Below, one piece after another: positions 17,966-25,903 of a stretch of DNA of 64,000 bases. Every line of letters starts with the position of its first letter. Position 1 is the stretch's first letter. This DNA is from Candidatus Anaeroferrophillacea bacterium. GTDB taxonomy: Bacteria > Desulfobacterota > Anaeroferrophillalia > Anaeroferrophillales > Anaeroferrophillaceae. The stretch spans positions 8,928 through 72,927 of the forward strand of contig JAFGAM010000100.1 of NCBI GenBank assembly GCA_016933675.1, in the 5' to 3' direction. Both the position numbers and the translations under genes were made by a program. The notes beneath the pieces were generated by a model. That model had not been told where the DNA came from and did no database searches. It worked only from the letters and a program-made list of their open reading frames with translations.

Positions 17966-20794
17966 GTGGGCATCTACAATCTGGACAAACTTTTCACGCC
18001 GCGCGCCATCGCCATGGTCGGCCGTTTCGATTGCCGCTCATGCAAGGAGCAGATCATCTACCGTAATCTGCGGGCGAGCCGGGGTGAGCACGTCTACCTC
18101 GTCAACCTGCGTGGCTGCGGCCGCGATGACTGTCCGTTCACCGCGGTGCCGGGCAGCCGCTGCTGTCCCTATCTTACCGCCCTGCCGGAAGAGATCGACC
18201 TGCTCATCAGTTCCCTGCCGCTGGCGGAGACCCCGGCGCTGGTGGATGACTGCCGCGCCGCGGGGGTGAAAAACCTGATCATCACCCGGGGTAAAACCGG
18301 TACCGACGACGATATCCACGAACGGGCCATCGTCGAACGCGCTCGGGAGGGTCGTGTCCGCCTGCTGGGCTTCAATTCCTTCGGCCTGATCGTCCCGCGT
18401 CAGGGGTTCAATACCTCCTTCTTCGAGACCGAGCCGGCGGCCGGCAAGATCGCTCTTATCAGCCAGAGCGGCGCGGTGATCTCCTCGATCCTCGACCTCG
18501 CCCGGGTGCGTCGGGTGGGGTTCAGCCACGTGGTCAGCCTCGGTTCGCTTATCGACGTGGATTTCGGCGACATGATCGACTTTCTCGGCTGGGAATACGA
18601 TGTCCGCTGCATCCTGCTCTACATCGAGAACCTCAAGAACGTGAAGAAGTTCCTCAGTGCGTGCCGTTCGGTGGCGCGCATCAAGCCCATCGTCGCCATC
18701 AAGGGTGGCAAGAACCCCCTGAGCCGGGAGATCATCAAGAAACATACCGGGCACGCCGCCGGCGAGGATCAGGTATATGATTCCGCCCTCAGGCGGGCCG
18801 GGATCATCCGGGTGGAAACCGTGCCGGAACTGCTCAGCGCCGGCGTGTCCCTTTCCACCCAGCCGGTGCCCCGTGGCGAACGCCTGGGGATGGTGACCAA
18901 CTCCGGCGGCCTCGGGGTAGTGGCGGTGGATGAGCTGGCGCTGCTCGGCGTCGCCCTGCCGCCGCTATCGGCGGTGCTGCAGGAGCGGTTGCAGGCGTAC
19001 ATCACCCCCTATTCCGGCGGCCTCAACCCCGTCTGCATCGCCAGCGATGCCGACAACCAGCGCTATATCGATGTCATCCGGCTGGCGATTTCCGCCGGCG
19101 AGTTCGACACCCTGATGGTGATCATGGTATTGTCCGGCTTCCTCGATCCGGAGCTGATTATCAACACCATCCGCCCGGCGGCGGCCGATGGCCGGGTCAA
19201 TATGGTCTATGTCTGGCTCGGGAACCGGGAAAGCTTCATCGACTGTGCCAAACGCCTGGTGGACGCGGGAACCAGTGTCTTCTTCAGCATCGAGGAGGCC
19301 ACCAACGCCTTCGCCTATACCATGCGCTATTATGAAAAACTCGCCAAGGTGGTGGTGGTGCCGCCGCGTTTCGACCGTACCTTCACCTACGACCGCGACC
19401 GCGCCGACGAGCTGATCCGCGGCGCCCTGGCCGCCGGCCGGGAGATCTTCACCGAGCGCGAGGCCAAGGAACTGCTGGCCTGCTACCGCCTGCCGGTGAA
19501 TCCTACCTACGGGGTGAATACCTTCAACGATGCCTCCCGGGTGGCCGAGCGTCTGGGCTACCCGGTGGTGCTGAAGAGCGACCGGCCGGACGCCGTTTTT
19601 CACAAGAGCGACCGCGGCGGGGTGGTACTCAACATCCGTACCGAGGGCGGCCTTTACAACGCCTGGGACCGCCTGACCCGGAGCTGTGGCGGCCCTGAGG
19701 TGGAGGAGGCGGGCATGATCCTGCAGCCGATGTTCGAGGACGGCCACTACGAATTGAACCTCGGGGCGCGCACCGACATCGAATTCGGTCCCTTCCTCTT
19801 CCTCGGCATGGGCGGACCGATGGCCCGGGTGGTCACCGACGAGGCGGTAATCCTGCCACCGGTGGACCGTTTCCTCGCCCGCAAATTGATCAACCGGACG
19901 CCGCTGCCGGGATGCTGCGAATTGCGGCCCTTCAACATGGAGCGCCTCGAGGAGATTATCGTCCGGCTTTCGCAACTGGTGGTTGACTTTCCCCAGGTGC
20001 GCGAACTGCGGCTGGATCCGCTGATCGTTGCCGGTGACCGTTTCGCGGCGGTGGACGCCAAGGTGCGGCTGCGGGAAATCGCGGTGTCGTCGCCGCGGCA
20101 CCTGTGCACCACCCCCTATCCGAACCAGTACGAGTTTCACGAGCGGCTCCGGGACGGGCGCGAGGTCTTCATTCGCCCCATCAAGCCCGAGGATGCCGAG
20201 GCTCATTACGAGATGATCCGTTCCTTCTCGCAGCAGACCCGTTACTATCGCTTTTTCAGCTTCGAGAAGGGGATTACCGACGATCAGATGGTGCGCTTTA
20301 CCCAGATCGACTACGACCGCGAGATCGCCATCGTCGCCAAGGTGACGGACGACGATGGCCGTGAGATCACCATCGGCGTCAACCGCCTGGTCTACTACCC
20401 GCACAACGACGAGTACGAGTTCGCCATTGTTATCCGCGACGACTGGCAGAAGACCGGCGTTGGCAGCCTGCTGATGGAAAAACTCATCCGGATCGCCCGC
20501 GACCGGGAGATTCACAGCATCTACGGCTATGTGCTGGCCGACAACATCAAGATGATGAAGTTCGTCCGCAAGTTCGGTTTCCGGGTTGCAAGCTTCGAGG
20601 AGGACATGATGCATATCCGCCTCGATATTGCCGGCGATGAAACGCATGCCGAAGCCAACCCTTCCCTTGACACGGCTGCCGCCAACATGTCTTCCCCCGG
20701 CACGTATCCTGCCGATAACACTCTTTCCACCGACAGCTCCCCCTCTGCACCGACGGTGGGAGAGAAAGAGGCAAGGGAGGGGACGCCGTCGTGA
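17966..20794 (+). CDS. Pat/YfiQ-like protein: ADP-forming acyl-CoA synthetase domains (CoA-binding, ligase, ATP-grasp) fused to a C-terminal GNAT acetyltransferase
   Basis: 942 aa with a GTG start. FTPRAIAMVG CoA-binding N-terminus, LISQSGAV, ATP-grasp region (TEREAKELLACYRLPV...YPVVLKS), and GNAT region (VFIRPIKPEDAEAHYEMIRSFS...). Low-complexity S/T/P tail. Confidence 0.8.
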   Translation: MGIYNLDKLFTPRAIAMVGRFDCRSCKEQIIYRNLRASRGEHVYLVNLRGCGRDDCPFTAVPGSRCCPYLTALPEEIDLLISSLPLAETPALVDDCRAAGVKNLIITRGKTGTDDDIHERAIVERAREGRVRLLGFNSFGLIVPRQGFNTSFFETEPAAGKIALISQSGAVISSILDLARVRRVGFSHVVSLGSLIDVDFGDMIDFLGWEYDVRCILLYIENLKNVKKFLSACRSVARIKPIVAIKGGKNPLSREIIKKHTGHAAGEDQVYDSALRRAGIIRVETVPELLSAGVSLSTQPVPRGERLGMVTNSGGLGVVAVDELALLGVALPPLSAVLQERLQAYITPYSGGLNPVCIASDADNQRYIDVIRLAISAGEFDTLMVIMVLSGFLDPELIINTIRPAAADGRVNMVYVWLGNRESFIDCAKRLVDAGTSVFFSIEEATNAFAYTMRYYEKLAKVVVVPPRFDRTFTYDRDRADELIRGALAAGREIFTEREAKELLACYRLPVNPTYGVNTFNDASRVAERLGYPVVLKSDRPDAVFHKSDRGGVVLNIRTEGGLYNAWDRLTRSCGGPEVEEAGMILQPMFEDGHYELNLGARTDIEFGPFLFLGMGGPMARVVTDEAVILPPVDRFLARKLINRTPLPGCCELRPFNMERLEEIIVRLSQLVVDFPQVRELRLDPLIVAGDRFAAVDAKVRLREIAVSSPRHLCTTPYPNQYEFHERLRDGREVFIRPIKPEDAEAHYEMIRSFSQQTRYYRFFSFEKGITDDQMVRFTQIDYDREIAIVAKVTDDDGREITIGVNRLVYYPHNDEYEFAIVIRDDWQKTGVGSLLMEKLIRIARDREIHSIYGYVLADNIKMMKFVRKFGFRVASFEEDMMHIRLDIAGDETHAEANPSLDTAAANMSSPGTYPADNTLSTDSSPSAPTVGEKEAREGTPS

Positions 20795-21723
20795 TGCATT
20801 ACGGCTGCGGCATCGATATCGGCTCCACCTCCACCGAGGCGGTGCTGGTGGACGCAGATGGCCGGGTCATCGCCTGGCGCGAGGTTTTAACCGCACCCGG
20901 CCAGGCGGCGCTGGCCGCCGCGTTGCTGGCCGAACTGCGGGCGGAACTGCCGGAGAATTCGCGGGAGGTACGGCGGGGCGAACCGCGGGATGATGTGCGG
21001 GGCGAATCGCATGAGGTACCGTCGGGCGAATCGCGGAAGGACCTGCATGGCGAATCGCGGGATGATGCGCCGGGCAAGCTGCGGCAGGATGCGTGGGGTG
21101 CTGCCGGCAATTCGGCGGTGCCGGAACCGGCGGTGGTCGGTACCGGCTATGGCCGCCGCAACGTTCACGGGGCGCGGCGCACGGTGACCGAGATCAGCTG
21201 CCACGCCCGGGCGGCGGCGGCCTGTTTTCCCGGCGCCCGCGGGGTGATCGACATCGGCGGCCAGGACAGCAAGGTGATCCGCCTCGATGCCGAAGGCAGA
21301 GTCGAGGATTTCCTCATGAACGACAAGTGCGCCGCCGGCACCGGCAAGTTTCTCCAGGTCATGGCCCAGACGCTGCATCTCGAACTGGAGGAGCTTGGTC
21401 CCCGGTCGCTGGGCACCGATGCGGTGCGTCAGATCACCAGCACCTGCACCGTCTTCGCCGAATCGGAGGTCATCTCGCTGCTCGCCGCGGGCGAGGACGT
21501 TCCCACCCTTGCCGCCAGCATCCACCGGGCCATGGCCCGCCGGGTGGCGGGCATGGTCCGCCAGCTCCGCCTTGCCGGCCCTTTGGTGTTTACCGGCGGG
21601 GTGGCGCGCAACCCCGGCATGGTCCGCGCCCTCGAGGGGGTTCTCGACCGCACCCTCAGAGTTCCCGATCATCCCCAGATCATGGGCGCCTGGGGTGCGG
21701 CGCTGATGGCGCTGGAGGAATAG
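20794..21723 (+). CDS. BadF/BadG/BcrA/BcrD-type ATPase (CoA-substrate-specific enzyme activase, HgdC-like) with an internal octapeptide-repeat insertion
   Basis: GIDIGSTSTEAV, IDIGGQDSKVI, NDKCAAGTGKFL and TSTCTVFAESEV are hallmark activase motifs, including the cluster-ligand Cys. TGATG junction with the upstream gene. Confidence 0.85.
   Translation: MHYGCGIDIGSTSTEAVLVDADGRVIAWREVLTAPGQAALAAALLAELRAELPENSREVRRGEPRDDVRGESHEVPSGESRKDLHGESRDDAPGKLRQDAWGAAGNSAVPEPAVVGTGYGRRNVHGARRTVTEISCHARAAAACFPGARGVIDIGGQDSKVIRLDAEGRVEDFLMNDKCAAGTGKFLQVMAQTLHLELEELGPRSLGTDAVRQITSTCTVFAESEVISLLAAGEDVPTLAASIHRAMARRVAGMVRQLRLAGPLVFTGGVARNPGMVRALEGVLDRTLRVPDHPQIMGAWGAALMALEE
20953..21096 (+). repeat. six in-frame tandem 24-bp (8-aa) repeats inside the activase gene
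   Basis: ENSREVRR / GEPRDDVR / GESHEVPS / GESRKDLH / GESRDDAP / GKLRQDAW. The DNA units begin ggcgaa(t/c)cgc... Confidence 0.85.
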
Positions 21724-21791
21724 GAGATTGCCGGCAATGCCGGCATCAACCGAGGACATGCCGGCTGACCGCTACCTGATTCTTGTTGTTT

Positions 21792-21818
21792 ATTGGCCAT
21801 GTGGCATCATATGCCAAT
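21792..21818. promoter_or_regulatory. nested inverted repeats upstream of parD (candidate antitoxin operator)
   Basis: ATTGGC...GCCAAT outer arms enclose GGCAT-CAT-ATGCC, about 25 nt before the parD start. Confidence 0.25.
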
Positions 21819-21841
21819 GATTCCTTGTGATGGAGGCGCGT

Positions 21842-22129
21842 ATGCCGACCCGTAACGTGGTACTCACCGAAACCCAGGCCCGATTTGTTGAAGAATTGGT
21901 GCCCGCAGGGCGTTATCAGAACGCCAGCGAAGTCTTGCGTGATGGCTTGCGGCTGATCCGGCAACGTGAACAGGAGGCTGCCGATCACCTGCAGGTTTTG
22001 CGGGAAGCGGTGGTGGCCGTAGGCCTCACGGATATGCAGGCGGGGCGTTACACCGCCATCAGTGACGAGGAGGCTCTGCGTTCACATATGATCTCACTGT
22101 CTGAGCAGGTTCTAGCGCCGCGCCGATGA
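21842..22129 (+). CDS. parD: ParD-family type II antitoxin
   Basis: MPTRNVVLTETQARFVEELVPAGRYQNASEVLRDGLRLIRQRE, typical of ParD/COG3609. Overlaps the parE start (ATGA). Confidence 0.8.
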   Translation: MPTRNVVLTETQARFVEELVPAGRYQNASEVLRDGLRLIRQREQEAADHLQVLREAVVAVGLTDMQAGRYTAISDEEALRSHMISLSEQVLAPRR

Positions 22130-22452
22130 CTGGTTGGAATGTGCGCATTGCCCGGCGGGCGGACCAGGATATGGCGGACATCCTGGCCTGGACGGCTGAT
22201 CGTTTCAGTCCGCAACAGACTGAAGTTTATGCTGAAACGCTGCTGCTGTCGTTAAATGCATTGCTACAGGGGCCCACGGTTCCGGGAGCAAAAAAGCGTG
22301 ACGATATCCATCCTGATGTTTTTGTTCTGCCTGTGGCACGCCAGGGCCGGCGCGGCTGGTATTTCATTGTTTTCCGACCGGATGAAGTCAACCGCGGTAT
22401 CGACGTGTTGCGCATATTGCACGACAGTATGGATATGCGCCGGCATGTTTGA
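22126..22452 (+). CDS. parE: ParE/RelE-family type II toxin
   Basis: 108 aa with the ParE-like pattern (ADQDMADILAWTADRFSPQQTEVYAETLL...IDVLRILHDSMD), paired with parD. Confidence 0.8.
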   Translation: MTGWNVRIARRADQDMADILAWTADRFSPQQTEVYAETLLLSLNALLQGPTVPGAKKRDDIHPDVFVLPVARQGRRGWYFIVFRPDEVNRGIDVLRILHDSMDMRRHV

Positions 22453-22756
22453 ATGCATTACCGGCAGCTCCATCATGTTGTATCTCATTATTGGCTTTTC
22501 GGTTGTCTGTTCGGCGAGCGTTGCATGGCGGCGTTGGATGTCCATGTTCCCAAAGCGATCCTGTGCGAAAGGCTGCGTGCGCTGTGATTACCGCCGGCTG
22601 GATGTACTTTTCGTGGTATGATCTCTTTTTCTGTCGGGCCGCCACCGCCGACCCGGCGCCGCCGCTCCCGGTGACGGTGATCGCGAAGATACAGTCCCGG
22701 TTGGCGACCATTTTTTTCTTGACGTGGAAAGTCCCTTGTGCTAGCTAACAGGATAA

Positions 22757-22774
22757 ATACTACTATGATAGTAT
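22757..22774. promoter_or_regulatory. perfect 6-6-6 inverted repeat between promoter-like sequence and the rbr RBS (candidate PerR/Fur-family operator)
   Basis: ATACTA-CTATGA-TAGTAT at 22757-22774. A TTGACG box lies about 40 nt upstream and the AAAGGAG RBS downstream. Confidence 0.3.
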
Positions 22775-22808
22775 AGAAAAGCGACGATAACGGGAAAGGA
22801 GACATATC

Positions 22809-23315
22809 ATGAGCAAGACAACCGACAACCTGATGGCCGCCTTCGCCGGTGAAAGCCAGGCTAACCGGAAGTACCTCGCCTTCGCGAAGAAGGCCGACCA
22901 GGAGGGTTTCGGGCAGATCGCCAAGCTGTTCCGCGCCGCCGCGGCGGCGGAGACGGTACACGCCCACAATCATCTGCGGGCCGCCGGCGGCATCAATGAC
23001 ACGAAGGCGAACCTGCAGGAGGCCATCGCCGGCGAGAGCCACGAGTTTAACAACATGTATCCTGAGTTCATCGAAACCGCGAAGGCTGAGGGTGCCCCGT
23101 CCCAGGCGCTGAAAAGCTTCGAGTGGGCCAACGCGGTGGAGCAGGTGCACCACCGCCTCTACAGTGAGGCGCTGGAGACTTTCGAAAAGGGCGGCGACCT
23201 GCCGGCGGCGGACATCTGGGTCTGCAGCGTCTGCGGCAATACCCATTCCGGCGACTGCCCGGATACCTGTGAGGTCTGTGGGGTGCCGGGGAGCAAGTTC
23301 GACCGGATTTCCTGA
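22809..23315 (+). CDS. rbr: rubrerythrin
   Basis: N-terminal diiron four-helix motifs (AGESQANRKY, ETVHAHNH, AGESHEF, EQVHHRLY) plus a C-terminal rubredoxin-like CSVCG...CEVCG. Confidence 0.95.
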   Translation: MSKTTDNLMAAFAGESQANRKYLAFAKKADQEGFGQIAKLFRAAAAAETVHAHNHLRAAGGINDTKANLQEAIAGESHEFNNMYPEFIETAKAEGAPSQALKSFEWANAVEQVHHRLYSEALETFEKGGDLPAADIWVCSVCGNTHSGDCPDTCEVCGVPGSKFDRIS

Positions 23316-23417
23316 TGGTGGTGCGGATGAGAGCAACCGTGCCGGCCCGCCGCCTGCGGGCCCGGCATGGCAGAACATGGTTTTCATCCGCTGATGTCAG
23401 TTTGGTGAGAACGCGAA

Positions 23418-23446
23418 GGGGGCGGACCATCTGGTCCGCCCCCTTT
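23418..23446 (+). terminator. rho-independent terminator of rbr
   Basis: GGGGGCGGACC-atct-GGTCCGCCCCC followed by TTT. Confidence 0.8.
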
Positions 23447-23468
23447 GGGCTGGTGCGCCGGCACCGGC

Positions 23469-23974
23469 ATCAGTTCAGGCTGATGGTTTTTTGCGATCTT
23501 ATTGTTTCGGTTCCCGGCCAAGCCATAAATCAGTCAGCCAGGAGTGGGCGCCGCGGATTTCAAGACCATCGGGAAACGTTTTTCCCCGCGCCGGTTCTTT
23601 CACGATCTGTACCTTGCGCGAGTTGGGGAAAAGATTGCGAACCTGGCAAAATTTCGACTCGGTTGATCGTCGCACCATTTAACCTCCAGCAGCAGATCCG
23701 GACCCTTTTCACCGGTTACCAGAACATCGATCTCATAACCGTTCCTGGTGCGAATATAGTGTTGTTCATACGACTCTCCATAGATGTCACTCAAGCGGTG
23801 AATCTCCTTCAGCAGAGTACAGGCGGTTAGCTTCTCGAGCTTTTTGCCTTTGTCTTCCCCGACCTGGCCGGTATCGTAAAAATATTTGGGGGCCTTAAGC
23901 AGTGACCTGGCTATATTTTCATGGTAATAACGTGCCGGTGCCGGCGCGTCGGGTTGATGACGTGTCGGTGCCAT
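23469..23974 (-). pseudogene. N-terminally truncated and frameshifted AAA_14/DUF4143-type ATPase remnant
   Basis: Only the C-terminal part is present (NIARSLLKAPKYFYDTG...GYEIDVLV...LLLEVKW). The reading stops at 23600, but the family-like tail KVQIVKEPARGKTFPDGLEIRGAHSWL continues in another frame to 23469. There is no Walker A region upstream. Confidence 0.6.
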
Positions 23975-24146
23975 GGGGCCGGACCGACTGGTCGGGTCGA
24001 TGACGTGCCGGGCCGGCGGGGGCGGTCGGGGCGGGGATTGAAATCATCGGGGACGGAACGCATGGGTGACGGAACGCATGGGTGACCGGGCGGTTATAAT
24101 GCTATTCCCTTTCTCGGCGGATGTTGGTCCTGGTTGCGGATTCGTC

Positions 24147-24770
24147 ATGGGTGATTCGACCAGCCGGAAGGAAGCCATCGCCGCCGCGGCACTGGCGCTG
24201 TTCGCCGAACAGGGCTACGCCGCTGCCGGGACCGGCGAGATTGCCCGCCGCGCCGGGGTTGCCCAAGACACGGCATTCTACCATTTCGGCAGCAAGGAAG
24301 GGATTCTCGAATACATCCTCGCCGGTATCACCGACGATCTGCTGGAGGCCTACCGCGACGAACTGGCAGCGGCGGCTGACGGGATCGCGGCGGTGCTCGC
24401 CATGCTGGCCTCCAACCGTCGCTTCAGCGCCGAGCGGAAACTGGAAAGCATGGTCCTGCTACGCGATCCGCCGGCCGATATGCTGAGCCGCGAATCGTCG
24501 ATCCAGGCGCGTCTGGAGGTGTTTCTCCCCGAGGTTTGCGGCTTGCTGCGAGTCACCCTGGCGCAGGGTGTGGCCGATGCTTCCATCCGCCCCCTCGCGG
24601 CGCCGGCGGTGAGTTGGATCCTCCACAGCTTCACCTGCGGGATCGTCCAGAACACCTTTTTCGGGCCGCCGCGGCCGGCGGAGACCGAGGCGGAGATTGC
24701 CGCCTTCCTTCGCCACGCCCTGATGGCATCGTCACCGCACCATCTTCCGATTACAGGAGAGCGGGAATGA
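24147..24770 (+). CDS. TetR/AcrR-family transcriptional regulator
   Basis: N-terminal HTH (RKEAIAAAALALFAEQGYAAAGTGEIARRAGVAQDTAFYHFGSKEGIL). A perfect TATAAT at 24095-24100 lies inside the longer track ORF, which favours ATG 24147. ATGA overlap with the MFP gene. Confidence 0.8.
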   Translation: MGDSTSRKEAIAAAALALFAEQGYAAAGTGEIARRAGVAQDTAFYHFGSKEGILEYILAGITDDLLEAYRDELAAAADGIAAVLAMLASNRRFSAERKLESMVLLRDPPADMLSRESSIQARLEVFLPEVCGLLRVTLAQGVADASIRPLAAPAVSWILHSFTCGIVQNTFFGPPRPAETEAEIAAFLRHALMASSPHHLPITGERE

Positions 24771-25903
24771 ACATGTCAGCAATCCACCGATATTCGCGAC
24801 GGTTCGCCCTGTTGCTGCCGGCGGTCGTTTGCTTCGTACTGCCGTTGCCGGTGCCGCTGGCGGCCATTGCCGCCGACGGCCCTCCCGCCGCGCCGCCGCC
24901 GGCGTTGGTGCGCACCGTGCCCGCCGAAGCCGGCCGCCTGGCACCGGAGACCACCGTTACCGGCACCCTGTTCTTCGATTCACTCGCCGATGTGTCGGCC
25001 GAGATCTCCGCCCGCGTCGAGGCGGTCCACGTTCGCGTCGGCGACCGGGTGGCCGCCGGGGCGCCGCTGGTGGACCTCAATCACGACTTCATCGATGTCG
25101 ATATCGCCCGCCGGGAGGCCGCCCGCGACGCGGTGGCGGCGCGCCTCGAACAGGCGCGGCGCGATCTTAAGCGCTACGAGCAACTCCACGCCGAGGGTGC
25201 CGCCAGCGTCAGCACCTACGAGGAACTGCTGTACTGCCGCGATGCCCAGGCGGCGGAACTCAGGGTCCAGCATGCCGCTCTCGACGACGCCCGGCTGCGA
25301 CTGAAGAAGTGCCGGGTCACGGCGCCTTTTGCCGCTCTGGTGGTGGCCCGACCGGCGGCGGTGGGCGCCTGGGTTGATCCGGGGCGGGCGGTGGCCAGGC
25401 TCGGCTCCCTGGCCGAGGTTTTTGTCCGCCTGCCGCTGGCCGAAACCCTGCTGCCCTTCAATCCGGCGGGCAGTGAAATCCGCCTCGTCCACGCCGCCTC
25501 CGGTGCCGCGGTGGCCGGGGTTGTCACCGGCATCGACGGGCAGGCGGACCTGCAGACCAAAAACGTCTTTTTGCGCCTTCACCTGTCCGAACCGCCGGCG
25601 CTGCTGGCGGAGCATATGTCGCTTACCGCCGCCGTCGCCGCCGGGCCGCCCCGCGAAGTGGTTTTCATCTCCCGCGACGCCCTGGTGAATTTTCAGGGTG
25701 GGAACTTTGTCTATACCGTCGAAGACAACGCCGCGGCCATCGTGCCGGTGGAGATCGTCGGCCGCGACGGCGGCCGCGTCGGCGTCGCCAGCCCGGTGTT
25801 GAAACCCGGCATGCCGGTGGTGGTGGACGGCAACGAGCGCCTGCGGCCCGGTCAGCCGGTGCGCGTTGCCGGAAATGCGGCCGCGGCGGAGCAGCGTCCG
25901 TGA
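24767..25903 (+). CDS. efflux RND transporter periplasmic adaptor (MFP/HlyD family)
   Basis: 378 aa from ATG 24767 (track ORF 24536-25903). Signal peptide, coiled-coil segment and C-terminal beta-barrel, sitting between tetR and the RND pump. Confidence 0.85.
   Translation: MNMSAIHRYSRRFALLLPAVVCFVLPLPVPLAAIAADGPPAAPPPALVRTVPAEAGRLAPETTVTGTLFFDSLADVSAEISARVEAVHVRVGDRVAAGAPLVDLNHDFIDVDIARREAARDAVAARLEQARRDLKRYEQLHAEGAASVSTYEELLYCRDAQAAELRVQHAALDDARLRLKKCRVTAPFAALVVARPAAVGAWVDPGRAVARLGSLAEVFVRLPLAETLLPFNPAGSEIRLVHAASGAAVAGVVTGIDGQADLQTKNVFLRLHLSEPPALLAEHMSLTAAVAAGPPREVVFISRDALVNFQGGNFVYTVEDNAAAIVPVEIVGRDGGRVGVASPVLKPGMPVVVDGNERLRPGQPVRVAGNAAAAEQRP

Noticed and set aside
20953-21096. Possible CRISPR-like array (regular 24-bp repeats).
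   Set aside because: The repeats are contiguous without spacers, in frame within a well-supported CDS, and degenerate. This is an intragenic tandem repeat, not CRISPR. No cas genes are present in the window.
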